From the NCBI GenBank assembly GCA_048937405.1, contig JBHLNF010000002.1, positions 352,001 to 416,000 on the forward strand: a DNA stretch of 64,000 bases. Direction: 5' to 3'. Below the pieces are notes generated by a model. It saw nothing but the letters and a program-made list of their open reading frames with translations. It had not been told where the DNA came from and did not search any database. The position numbers and the translations under genes are program-made. The stretch's first letter is position 1, and each line of letters opens with the position of its first letter. This document shows, piece after piece, positions 1 through 9,087 of the stretch. This DNA is from Promethearchaeota archaeon (GTDB taxonomy: Archaea > Asgardarchaeota > Lokiarchaeia > Sigyniarchaeales > SOKP01).

Positions 1-111
1 AATGATGCGGGATTAACTCAATTAGCTCCAGGAACAACAACAGCGATTGGTATTGGTCCTGTATTATCAACAGAAATTGATAAAATAACAGGAGATTTAA
101 AATTATTATAA
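1..111 (+). CDS. pth2: Peptidyl-tRNA hydrolase Pth2, C-terminal fragment (5' truncated by window)
   Basis: Manual translation ...[36 protein letters not shown], matching the Pth2 C-terminal signature (DAGxTq..pgt.T..giGP...iDkiTg.LkLL). Confidence 0.93.
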   Translation, partial: NDAGLTQLAPGTTTAIGIGPVLSTEIDKITGDLKLL

Positions 112-134
112 TAGTAAAACTATAGGCTACTAAT

Positions 135-1520
135 GTGTCTGAGTTAGAAGCAGCTTCTTATTCTTTTAAGGAAAATAATGAAAGAGAAGTAGAGAAATTT
201 GTAGGAATTCACGCATATGCAACTCAAAAGATGAGTTCTATAGGAGGAGAATATAAAAAAATCTATAAGGATTTTATTGTAAAAGAAGTTGGTGCTTATG
301 GTAAAATCCTCGACCTTAAAGAGGATTCTAAAAGTCATAAATATTCCGAAGAATTGAAAGACAAGTATACAACCTTTAACTTAGTAAAAATAAATAAAGA
401 TACATTTGAAGCATTAAGAAATATTAGTAGAGATTTAAATGTTCCTTATGATCTTTTTAGTTATTCTGGATTAAAAGATAAATTTTCAATTTCAGTTCAA
501 AAAATTTCCATTAAAGGAGATTTTGTGGAAAAATTAAAAAAAGTAAAGATTCAAGATATTTTCATTAGAAATATTACTCCTACTAAAAAACCTGTTAAAG
601 TAGGAAGTCATTGGGGCAATCATTTTACAATTGTTTTACGAAATATAGAGAATAATAAGAACTTAAAAAACAAATTAGAGAACTATGTAAATTACTTGAC
701 TGATTTTGGTTTTCCAAACTATTTTGGGCTTCAAAGATTTGGTAGTTATAGACCAAACTCACACATTGTTGGACGTTTTCTTTTAGAGGGTAAATTCAAG
801 AATACATTTGAAGAATTAGTCACTAAAACATACTCAACGGAATCTATAGAATCAAGACAAGCGAGGAAACATTTAGAAAAAACAGGAAATCTAAAAAAAG
901 CATTCAAAGAATTTCCTAATAATCTAAATTATGAGAAAAAAATGATTAAATATTTGCTTGACAATCCTGAAGATTATGAAGGAAGTGTTAATACACTCTC
1001 AACTGATTTGAAAAAGCTCTTAATTAGTTCTTTTCAATCATATCTATTTAACAGGATGCTTTCAAAAAGAATTGAAGAAGGTTTTTCTTTATTTAAACCA
1101 ATAAAAGGGGACGTTATCAGTATTTTAGACGATTTCAATGGAAATATTACACAGGTAAAATATATATATGGTAATGATTATGATAAATACTTAAATAAAG
1201 CAATAAGCTTGAATAGAGCTGTAATAATTTTACCTATCATTGGTACGAATACGAATTTAGATGAGTTCCCATTAATGAAATCACTTTACGAGAAAGTTCT
1301 AAATCAAGAAAATATTAACAAGAATATTTTTATTAATGCTATAATTCATGAACTGGAATTTAAAGGTTCAATTAGACCTATAACAATAAAACCAACTGGT
1401 TTAAAATTATTAGATTTCGATGATGATGATCTTTATCCTGGAAAGAAAAAGGTCAAGTTTGAGTTTTCTCTTCAAAAGGGAAGTTATGCTACAATGCTAA
1501 TCAGAGAAATTATTAAATAA
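135..1520 (+). CDS. truD: tRNA pseudouridine(13) synthase TruD
   Basis: DFIVKE, SGLKDK (catalytic Asp), GNHFTIVLR, GFPNYFGLQRFG, FSLQKGSYAT motifs; pth2-truD order is typical of archaea. Confidence 0.95.
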   Translation: MSELEAASYSFKENNEREVEKFVGIHAYATQKMSSIGGEYKKIYKDFIVKEVGAYGKILDLKEDSKSHKYSEELKDKYTTFNLVKINKDTFEALRNISRDLNVPYDLFSYSGLKDKFSISVQKISIKGDFVEKLKKVKIQDIFIRNITPTKKPVKVGSHWGNHFTIVLRNIENNKNLKNKLENYVNYLTDFGFPNYFGLQRFGSYRPNSHIVGRFLLEGKFKNTFEELVTKTYSTESIESRQARKHLEKTGNLKKAFKEFPNNLNYEKKMIKYLLDNPEDYEGSVNTLSTDLKKLLISSFQSYLFNRMLSKRIEEGFSLFKPIKGDVISILDDFNGNITQVKYIYGNDYDKYLNKAISLNRAVIILPIIGTNTNLDEFPLMKSLYEKVLNQENINKNIFINAIIHELEFKGSIRPITIKPTGLKLLDFDDDDLYPGKKKVKFEFSLQKGSYATMLIREIIK

Positions 1521-3000
1521 CACTGATAATAGATGATTTTATAGTTTCAATTCCAAAAATATCAATCATTTTGACTGAGATTTCATATTTCCCAGGTTCA
1601 GAATAATTATATATATTGGATACTAAAGAAATTTTTCTTTTTTTTGGAGTTCTATAAGTAAACCACATATTTTTAAAAATTTCATTTTGATAATTAAAAT
1701 CAATTGCCCAAAAGTCAATCCAGTCTGAATAAGATCCAATGTTTTCTTTTATTTTTTCTGATATAAAACCTTCGTAAGGAACTTTATAGTCAAGTAATTC
1801 CACTTTGATTTGTTTATCAATTTGATGTATTTTGTAGATGACATCAGGATATTTTTTCAATTCTATATTTTCTTCGACTTTGGCATCTTTATCTAATAAT
1901 ACCCTAGGAATAAATTGTCTTATTTCCTTTTTCTTGGTACTTAAAATTTTAAAGGAATTAGGATCTTTATTATAACTCTTTTTCCAATCTAATATATTAT
2001 TACTTTTAGCCAAATTAAGGATTCTTTTTCTTATCATATGAATAGCGTGCTTGTTTAAATCACATCCAATCCATCTTCTACCAAGCTTTTCTGCTACTGT
2101 GAGAGTTGTTCCTGAACCGCAGAAAAAATCAGCTACAAGATCATCCTTGTCTGAGGAGGCTAAAATAATTCTTCTTAAAAGACGTTCGGGTTTTTGAGTT
2201 GAAAAACCTTGATATTCCACAGTATTTGCTCTAACATAAGGAATATCATTCCATACATCTCTAGGAAAAATTCCTTCATTTTCAATATATACTTTTCTAG
2301 ATAACTTCTTTCCATTATGGCTCCCCCCTCTATAGTAAAATACACCCTTGGCATCTTTTTTCAGTGCATTCTTTACACGATCAGAAAATTCCTGATATAT
2401 TTTAGGATTATCATTAAAAATATAATTATTACTTTTGGAATAGAATAAAATAGTATCATAGGATCTAATAAAAAATCGTCTTGTTTTAACTGAGGCAGCT
2501 GGATAAGCCCAAATTATCTCATTCCGAAAATTCTCACTTCCGAAAATTTCATCCATTATTAATTTAACATAATGTGAAATGTGCCAATCTAAATGTAAAT
2601 ATATAGAACCTTTATCAGATAACAAATTTTTCATTACATAAAGTCTTTCATATAAGAAGGATAGATATGAAGTAATTCCCTCTTTCCACTTATCTTTATA
2701 GGCGACATTGTCAACAAAATTACCTTCTTCTCCTATTTGAATTTTAAGATTAAATTCTCCTCCTGTTGCAAAAGGAGGATCAATGTAGATAAGATTAATT
2801 TTATTTCCAAATGATTTCAACAGTGAATTCATAACTAATTTGTTGTTTCCCCAAATAAGCAGATTTTTCCACTCATCATCTAATTTGAATTCAGATTTGC
2901 TAGATGAATAAACATCAAGAACTTGAAATGGACTGGTATTTTGCATTTCTAATAGAATATCTTCTTCCTTTTTTTTTCCATTCCATTTCAAAACTACCAT
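1513..3000 (-). CDS. Site-specific DNA methyltransferase (N6-A/N4-C, beta class, type III Mod-like); no cognate Res gene nearby
   Basis: IYIDPPF catalytic motif precedes TQKPERLL and DFFCGSGTT (SAM-binding); ATG at 3000 preferred over the TTG at 3021. Confidence 0.9.
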   Translation of the reverse strand: MVVLKWNGKKKEEDILLEMQNTSPFQVLDVYSSSKSEFKLDDEWKNLLIWGNNKLVMNSLLKSFGNKINLIYIDPPFATGGEFNLKIQIGEEGNFVDNVAYKDKWKEGITSYLSFLYERLYVMKNLLSDKGSIYLHLDWHISHYVKLIMDEIFGSENFRNEIIWAYPAASVKTRRFFIRSYDTILFYSKSNNYIFNDNPKIYQEFSDRVKNALKKDAKGVFYYRGGSHNGKKLSRKVYIENEGIFPRDVWNDIPYVRANTVEYQGFSTQKPERLLRRIILASSDKDDLVADFFCGSGTTLTVAEKLGRRWIGCDLNKHAIHMIRKRILNLAKSNNILDWKKSYNKDPNSFKILSTKKKEIRQFIPRVLLDKDAKVEENIELKKYPDVIYKIHQIDKQIKVELLDYKVPYEGFISEKIKENIGSYSDWIDFWAIDFNYQNEIFKNMWFTYRTPKKRKISLVSNIYNYSEPGKYEISVKMIDIFGIETIKSSIISVI

Positions 3001-3055
3001 GAATAATAGATAAGAAGGCAAAAATTTTATTGTTAATTTAATTTTTTAAAATTAT
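2968..3055. repeat. Diverged direct repeat, copy 1 (MTase start codon region plus upstream DNA)
   Basis: ttttttcc(a/t)ttccatttcaaaacta(c/t)catgaat(a/t)atagataagaag..aaaaattttatt shared with 3882-3967. Confidence 0.85.
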
Positions 3056-3220
3056 TCTATAATATATAAAGAAGTGGAGCACTATTTTTAGTAATTAAAG
3101 CTTTTTTTTACTTAATATCCTAATCTGAAAGTTTTTGATATAAATTTATATATATGTTCTTATAAAGAATTCTTATTAGAAATCTAAAAAAATAAAACAA
3201 AAAAAAAGGAATGTTAAATA

Positions 3221-3832
3221 ATGGGTAATAATGGAGCAGCCTTAGGCATAATAGCTATAATTTTATGTGTAGGTGTTGGCGTATTTGTATTTTTCATATG
3301 GAATGGTCAAAATACAACTAATTCAGATGTAGATGATTTACAAGAACAAATTAATAATCTGGAATCAGATTTTAATAATTCGATAACAACTAAGTTTGTA
3401 GGGATATGGGATGATCTTGCAAGAAATATGGATTATTCTCCCCATAATTCATCCACGGATTGGCTTATAGAATTCCAAGATAATAATTTAACTAATCCTG
3501 AATATATATCTGTTTCAAATAATAATACTCGTGTTACCTTATTACAATCTGGTTGGTATCGAATACATCTCACTATTGCATTGACTAATCATTTTGGTGG
3601 TAGCTTTTACTGGATACATCTTTTGAAAGATGGTGTAGAAGATGAAAATTTCGATGCTTATTCAACATCAACATATACTCCTCCACTTCGTCATATTGAT
3701 TCATCAGTATTTATTTACAGTAATGGTACAAATTATATAGAAGTCAATCCAGTGACTACTGCTGTGGGTGGTTTATTAATTTGGTATTATGAAGTGATTC
3801 ATCAATTCATAATTGAATATGTAGCGAGTTAA
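3221..3832 (+). CDS. Type II membrane protein: N-terminal TM, short coiled coil, C-terminal beta-rich domain (C1q/TNF/BclA-like candidate)
   Basis: Hydrophobic aa 6-27; DVDDLQEQINNLESD heptads; NTRVTLLQSGWYRIHLTIAL resembles the G-x-Y-x-h strand of C1q/TNF folds. Confidence 0.55.
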   Translation: MGNNGAALGIIAIILCVGVGVFVFFIWNGQNTTNSDVDDLQEQINNLESDFNNSITTKFVGIWDDLARNMDYSPHNSSTDWLIEFQDNNLTNPEYISVSNNNTRVTLLQSGWYRIHLTIALTNHFGGSFYWIHLLKDGVEDENFDAYSTSTYTPPLRHIDSSVFIYSNGTNYIEVNPVTTAVGGLLIWYYEVIHQFIIEYVAS

Positions 3833-3881
3833 CCATTCATGATTAAAAATTAACAATATTAGATTTTTAATCATTAAATCT

Positions 3882-3967
3882 CTTTTTTTTCCTTTCCATT
3901 TCAAAACTATCATGAATTATAGATAAGAAGATAAAAATTTTATTATTATTTTTATTTTTAAAATTAT
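3882..3967. repeat. Diverged direct repeat, copy 2 (relic MTase 5' end, reading MIVLKWKGKK on the minus strand)
   Basis: Aligns to 2968-3055 with scattered substitutions. Confidence 0.85.
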
Positions 3968-4004
3968 ATTTTTTTTATAATATATTACATTATGTTGCGA
4001 GGAT

Positions 4005-5324
4005 ATGTTAGATAAACTAGGAGATTGGAGAAAAACACACTATACTAAAGATCTTACCTCAGATATGGTAGATAAAGAAGTTATTTTAGGAGGATGGGTC
4101 AGAAATTATAGAAATCTCGGGGGATTAAAATTTATCTCTTTACAAGATAAATATGGAGAACGCCAAATAACCTTAAAAAAGGGAGTTGTTTCTGATGAAT
4201 TATTTGAAAATACAAAAATCGGATATCAATACTGTTTGATGGTAAAAGGAATTGTAAAAGCATTTAAGGAAGCTCCAGGGGGTATTGAAATAATACCATC
4301 TGAAATTAAGCTATTAAATGCAACACCAGAGAAACTCCCTATAGATATGACTGGAGAAACTGTTTCTGAGTTGGATCTCAGATTAAACAATAGAGCATTA
4401 GATCTCAGATCCCTTAAAAATCAAGCTGTTTTTAGGATTAGGGGAGAAATGCTTAGATCGATTCGAGCATTTTTGTTTGAAAAAGATTTTACTGAGATTG
4501 CAACCCCCAAAATTATAGGATCTGCAACAGAGGGAGGTACAGAATTGTTTCCTATAATATATTTTGACAAAGAGGCATTTCTTACGCAATCTGCCCAATT
4601 ATACAAAGAACAATTAAGTGGAGTATATGAGAGAGTATTTGAAATAAGTGACTGTTTTAGAGCTGAAAAAAGTCGCACCAGAAGACATATTTGTGAGATC
4701 TTTACGTTAGATGTAGAAATGGCATTCTCCAAAATGGAAGATATTCTGAAAATATTGGAAGAAATAGTTCATAACGCTATTAGAGATATACGAAAGAATC
4801 AAATGACAGCTTTGGAATATTTAGAAATGGATGATAAGACGATTGTGCCAGAAATACCATTTCCAAGATATAAATATGAAGAAATTATTGAGTTACTAAA
4901 CACCAAATTTGAGATTGATATCGAATTTGGTGAAGATATTTCTACAGATGCATACCGAAAATTGGGGCAGGAATTAACAAGTTATTATTATATTACTCAT
5001 TGGCCAATGGAGATAAAACCATTTTATATTATGCCTTCAGAGAATCCAAAATACAGTGAATCTTTTGATTTGCAAAAAGGAATGCTAGAATTAACGTCTG
5101 GAGGAACCAGAGTTCATAATAAACAACAACTTATTAACGCTTTGGAAAAACAAGGGCTCAATCCAGCATCTTTTAAAACACATTTACAAGCATTTGATTA
5201 TGGGATGCCTCCGCATGCTGGTTTTGGATTAGGTATAGATAGATGGCTTACTATCATATGTGGACTAGATGATATTAGAGAAGCGGTTATGTATCCTCGA
5301 ACTCCAGATAGATTAACACCTTGA
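4005..5324 (+). CDS. aspS: Aspartate--tRNA ligase (archaeal type, probably non-discriminating)
   Basis: OB-fold N-terminus, ATEGGTELF, motif 2 FRAEKSRTRRH, motif 3 YGMPPHAGFGLGIDR, C-terminal YPRTPDRLTP. Confidence 0.95.
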   Translation: MLDKLGDWRKTHYTKDLTSDMVDKEVILGGWVRNYRNLGGLKFISLQDKYGERQITLKKGVVSDELFENTKIGYQYCLMVKGIVKAFKEAPGGIEIIPSEIKLLNATPEKLPIDMTGETVSELDLRLNNRALDLRSLKNQAVFRIRGEMLRSIRAFLFEKDFTEIATPKIIGSATEGGTELFPIIYFDKEAFLTQSAQLYKEQLSGVYERVFEISDCFRAEKSRTRRHICEIFTLDVEMAFSKMEDILKILEEIVHNAIRDIRKNQMTALEYLEMDDKTIVPEIPFPRYKYEEIIELLNTKFEIDIEFGEDISTDAYRKLGQELTSYYYITHWPMEIKPFYIMPSENPKYSESFDLQKGMLELTSGGTRVHNKQQLINALEKQGLNPASFKTHLQAFDYGMPPHAGFGLGIDRWLTIICGLDDIREAVMYPRTPDRLTP

Positions 5325-5354
5325 ACTATTTATTAAATTTAAAATTCTTAAATC

Positions 5355-6275
5355 ATGACTGAAAATAATTATATTCAAGATTATATAAAAGCGGGAAAAG
5401 GTGTAATTGCTGCTAAAAAGATGGCAAGGAAGATAACTAAGCCTGGGACCTCTTTTTTGGAAATTGCAAATAAATGTGAAGCTGAAATAATCAAAACTGG
5501 ATGTAATCTTTCTTTTCCCATTAATATGTCATTAAATGAAATTGCAGCCCATTACAGTCCTCCAATTGATGATCAAACAATAGTCCCAGATAAAGGATTA
5601 TTAAAAATCGATATCGGAGCACATTTTAATGGGTATATAGCAGATTCAGCATTCACCATCAATATAGATGAAGATCCTAAACTTCAGAACTATATTGAAG
5701 CCGCAAAAGAAGCTCTTGAAGCAGCAATTGAATTATTTAGACCTGGAACTAAATTATATGAACTAGGTGAAGTAATTGAGCGAAAAATTACAAGTCGAGG
5801 TTTAAAACCAATAAAAAATTTAGGTGGTCATGAATTAAAACGATACAATTTGCATGCTGGTCCGTTTATTCCAAACTATGAAGAAAAAGTTCATAACCAG
5901 GAACTCAAATTAGGAGATGCATATGCTTGTGAGCCTTTCACGACTTCTGGAGCAGGAAGAGTTGTTAATGGGGACCATGCTTATATATATCGTTTTTTAA
6001 AGAAGGTTAAGAAAAACATGTCTTATGAGCATTTAGGATATATGAACAATGTTGAAAATAGTTTTGGAAAGCTTCCTTTTTCACCACGATGGATTGAAAA
6101 GAATAATATAATCCCAAAAAGTAAAATTCAAAGAACACTTGAATTTTTTATAGGAAAAAAAATTTTAAGTAAATATCCTATTTTAGTTGAAGCTTTAAAA
6201 GAACCTGTAGCTCAAGAAGAGCATACCATTATTTTGGATTTAGAAGGGAACAAGATTGTCACAACTAAAAAATAA
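5355..6275 (+). CDS. map: Methionine aminopeptidase type II
   Basis: FPINMS..IAAHYSP, KIDIGAH.NGYIADSAFT, NLGGH, LHAG, EPF, AQEEHT metal-ligand motifs. Confidence 0.95.
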   Translation: MTENNYIQDYIKAGKGVIAAKKMARKITKPGTSFLEIANKCEAEIIKTGCNLSFPINMSLNEIAAHYSPPIDDQTIVPDKGLLKIDIGAHFNGYIADSAFTINIDEDPKLQNYIEAAKEALEAAIELFRPGTKLYELGEVIERKITSRGLKPIKNLGGHELKRYNLHAGPFIPNYEEKVHNQELKLGDAYACEPFTTSGAGRVVNGDHAYIYRFLKKVKKNMSYEHLGYMNNVENSFGKLPFSPRWIEKNNIIPKSKIQRTLEFFIGKKILSKYPILVEALKEPVAQEEHTIILDLEGNKIVTTKK

Positions 6276-7131
6276 TCTTAAAGAAAAACTAAGTGTTGTT
6301 ATTTTATGTGCGGGAGAGGGAAAAAGGCTTAAAAAAGTAACGAAAAGAAATCCTAAACCTTTATTAAAACTGGAAATTTTAGGACATAAAAGTATACTTC
6401 AAGATACTATTTTTAAATTTGAAAAATTAGGAATTGAGCAAATTGTAATTATCATTGGCCATTTAGGGTCAACTATCGTGGATTTTATTTCAAAATTATC
6501 AAAAAATAATGTTTCATTTCAAAATAAATTAATAGTAATTGATTCTAAAAATCGATATAAATTTGGACCATTATTTTCTTTTTTATCCATTACTAAGAAT
6601 AAAACAGTTTACAACGAAAAAAACAGTTATTTATTAATTCCTGGAGATACTATTTTTGATTTTAATTTATTAAAGTCAATTTTGAGTATAATTTCAGAAA
6701 ATACAAATTTACTTCATAAATATCCATTTGTTTTTTATCAAACTACAACTTTAAAGAGATTAAGAGAAATTCAACCTAAAAAAAAGATAATCTCTAATGC
6801 TGAACTTGACATTGAGGGTTCAGAAATTATATTAAAAAGGATTTCTCAAATAAAAATAAGAAGTAGTCATTTACAAGCGGAATTAAAGGAAACAATCCCT
6901 GTTTTTTACTTAAATTACGAAACTATAAATGAAATCTTAAATTTAAAGAAAGATCTTCCAATCACTACTGTATGGGAAGCATTGAATTATTTAATATCAA
7001 ACAAAAAGAGAGTTAATGCATATAAAGTTGAGAACAAATATCCTTATTTTGATATTGATACTAAATATGATTTGAAACTATTAAAAAAAGAAGAGGACAA
7101 TAGGTGCTCCGATTATTCAATGAATAATTGA
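6256..7131 (+). CDS. NTP transferase / nucleotidyltransferase family protein
   Basis: VILCAGEGKRL...PKPLL, PGDT and FDIDT motifs. Confidence 0.8.
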   Translation: MSQLKNNLKEKLSVVILCAGEGKRLKKVTKRNPKPLLKLEILGHKSILQDTIFKFEKLGIEQIVIIIGHLGSTIVDFISKLSKNNVSFQNKLIVIDSKNRYKFGPLFSFLSITKNKTVYNEKNSYLLIPGDTIFDFNLLKSILSIISENTNLLHKYPFVFYQTTTLKRLREIQPKKKIISNAELDIEGSEIILKRISQIKIRSSHLQAELKETIPVFYLNYETINEILNLKKDLPITTVWEALNYLISNKKRVNAYKVENKYPYFDIDTKYDLKLLKKEEDNRCSDYSMNN

Positions 7132-7546
7132 TTCAGTGGAAATAACCAATAATCCTCCATTGAAGCAATTTAGTAATCAAAGCTCCTATTAAATTATTTA
7201 TTCTTTGTTTCGATTTATTGGTATTATGCTTAAAAGTCTCTTGTATCAACTAAATCTAACAAATATTCAACAAGAATTCTGTTTTTCTCATTTGATCATA
7301 TACCAAAATCGCAATAACGAATAGTACCATAAAATAATGCCCCAAAGTGCTGGATCAGAAATCATCTGGATATTACTCAATGTTTATAGCACTACAGGAA
7401 CAGGTGATTATAATGAATTAATTTTTTAAAGCTTTTACAGAATTTAATTTCTCATCAGAGTCTAAAAAAAAAAATATACCAGAAATTAATCGGTGTAAGA
7501 ACCGTAATTTAGTTTCTTTATCCAATGCAAAATATACCTATTGTCC
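7095..7546 (-). ncRNA. Candidate ~450-nt structured non-coding RNA of unknown family (alternative: MITE-like element)
   Basis: 11-bp terminal helix GGACAATAGGT/ACCTATTGTCC, several nested internal helices, TTTAAATA at -24..-31 and a T-tract just past the 3' end on the minus strand; no long ORF apart from the last ~12 codons of the upstream CDS. Confidence 0.55.
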
Positions 7547-7569
7547 AGATAAACATATAACAATTTGAC

Positions 7570-7583
7570 TATTTAAATTTTGT
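7570..7583 (-). promoter_or_regulatory. Putative BRE/TATA box (ACAAAA-TTTAAATA) for the 7546-7095 transcript
   Basis: TTTAAATA lies 24-31 nt upstream of G7546, the canonical archaeal spacing. Confidence 0.45.
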
Positions 7584-7689
7584 TATTAAGACAAATAATC
7601 AGATCTTTGGATTTTTTGACAAAAATTGTATAGATTTAAGAAATAGATTAATATAATATAAATATCAGAAATTACATTATTTATAAAAT

Positions 7690-8064
7690 ATGTCTGTAGC
7701 TATAAAGATCAATTTATTTGGTATAGGTATTATTGAAGCGGATATTATTCGTCATATGGCACCTCTTACAGCAGATGCGGTTATTGATAAATTACCCTTT
7801 GTGCTAAGAGGGAGATTTAGTTTTGGTTCAAAGAAATATTGGACCTTACCAGGAATAGAAATATTTAAAGGAGCTAATTCAAAATCAACAGAAATAGTAG
7901 AAAAAGGTGATATTATATATAATCCTAAAACAGACGAATTTATAATTTCATTGGAAGATCAAGAAATACCAAATAAAGTAAATAAAATTGGGAAGGTTAC
8001 AGCTAACCTTGAAATATTGTTGCAAGCGAGAAATGGATTAAATACAAAAATAGTTAAAAAATAG
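7690..8064 (+). CDS. Cyclophilin-like fold protein (DUF369/TM1367-like)
   Basis: APLTADAVIDKLP, VEKGDIIYNP and VNKIGKV pattern typical of the archaeal cyclophilin-like family. Confidence 0.7.
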   Translation: MSVAIKINLFGIGIIEADIIRHMAPLTADAVIDKLPFVLRGRFSFGSKKYWTLPGIEIFKGANSKSTEIVEKGDIIYNPKTDEFIISLEDQEIPNKVNKIGKVTANLEILLQARNGLNTKIVKK

Positions 8065-8071
8065 TAGGAAT

Positions 8072-8905
8072 ATGGCAATTTCGAAAAATTTAACGATTGT
8101 TTTTGCAATAATTTATTTAATAGTTATTATTTACATATTTCTTTTTCTTTTTGTTCCTGATTTTCAAAATTTGGTTATAACTTCAAGACAAAATCTAATA
8201 GGAATCACTCAGGGATCTAATTTTTTTTGGGCTCTATTGATTTCTTTTGGAATTTGCTTTTTAGGATCAGCATCGATTGGATTTCCTGTACCTTTTCCGT
8301 TTGTATTATTTTCACTCTCAAATTCTGTATTTCTAAAATATGTTGATATGGGGTTAAGTATTAACCAAATTTTACAAACGGGTCCATTTTGGCTGGAAAT
8401 TCTTGCTCTTTCTCTAATAGGGGGATTAGGTAGTGTTTTGGGTGAATTCACTGGTTATGCTGTTGGTTATGGGGCAAAAAAAATCACAGATGAACGAAAT
8501 TCAGATTTATTAAATAATGTTAATGGATTTGGAAAATTAATTTTAAAAAATGAAAGAAGAACTCCACTATACATTTTTTTTTTTGCTTTAACACCCCTCC
8601 CTGATGATATTTTGTTTTTACCATTAGGTATGATTAAATATCCTTTTTGGAAATGCATTATTCCTGGATGGTTGGGCAAGAATTTTACTACCTTATTTTA
8701 TTGTATCTGGCCCATTTTTGTAGCAATTGGATTTATGTCTCAGGGGATTCAATCAAATGATAATTCCAGTATAATAACTGAAGCTATTTTATTACTAGTC
8801 ACAATTACTGTTATGTTTTTTATCATGTCTTTTAATTGGACCAAATTTCTTGAAAAGAGGAGCCAAAAAAGACTTAATAAAGAACAGGACTATAAAGTGA
8901 TGTGA
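8072..8905 (+). CDS. VTT/DedA (SNARE-associated Golgi protein family) membrane protein
   Basis: GLGSVLGEFTGYAVGYG and FALTPLPDDILFLPLG motifs; multiple TM segments. Confidence 0.8.
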   Translation: MAISKNLTIVFAIIYLIVIIYIFLFLFVPDFQNLVITSRQNLIGITQGSNFFWALLISFGICFLGSASIGFPVPFPFVLFSLSNSVFLKYVDMGLSINQILQTGPFWLEILALSLIGGLGSVLGEFTGYAVGYGAKKITDERNSDLLNNVNGFGKLILKNERRTPLYIFFFALTPLPDDILFLPLGMIKYPFWKCIIPGWLGKNFTTLFYCIWPIFVAIGFMSQGIQSNDNSSIITEAILLLVTITVMFFIMSFNWTKFLEKRSQKRLNKEQDYKVM

Positions 8906-8913
8906 AACAAATC

Positions 8914-9084
8914 TTAACTTCCGTTTTCTAAGCAATTTTTGCAAACAAAAATGGTCTTTTCTTTTTTAGCCGATCGCTCATCATAATAAATTTGCTTATA
9001 TATGAAATTATTACAGATTTCACAAACCGCTGTAGTTCGAGTTTCATTCAACAAAGGACCCAAATGGTTAAATTTAGCTTTCAT
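8914..9084 (-). CDS. Small zinc-finger protein (56 aa), absent from the ORF track
   Basis: MKAKFNHLGPLLNETRTTAVCEICNNFIYKQIYYDERSAKKEKTIFVCKNCLENGS*; two CxxC pairs; ATG 3 nt after the Alba-like stop. Confidence 0.75.
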   Translation of the reverse strand: MKAKFNHLGPLLNETRTTAVCEICNNFIYKQIYYDERSAKKEKTIFVCKNCLENGS

Positions 9085-9087
9085 GAC

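Noticed and set aside
7207-7459. Hammerhead ribozyme core words (CTGATGAG and CGAAAC on the minus strand) inside the candidate RNA
   Set aside because: They are about 240 nt apart, the flanks do not form stems I-III, and each word sits in a different helix
7418-7537. 39-codon open frame (VYFALDKETKLRFLHRL...) on the minus strand within the element
   Set aside because: No recognisable product or SD, only an internal TTG as possible start; plausible by chance
7095-7546. Calling the element RNase P RNA or SRP RNA
   Set aside because: Universal P4/CR-I/CR-V and SRP helix 6/8 motifs were not found on either strand by eye
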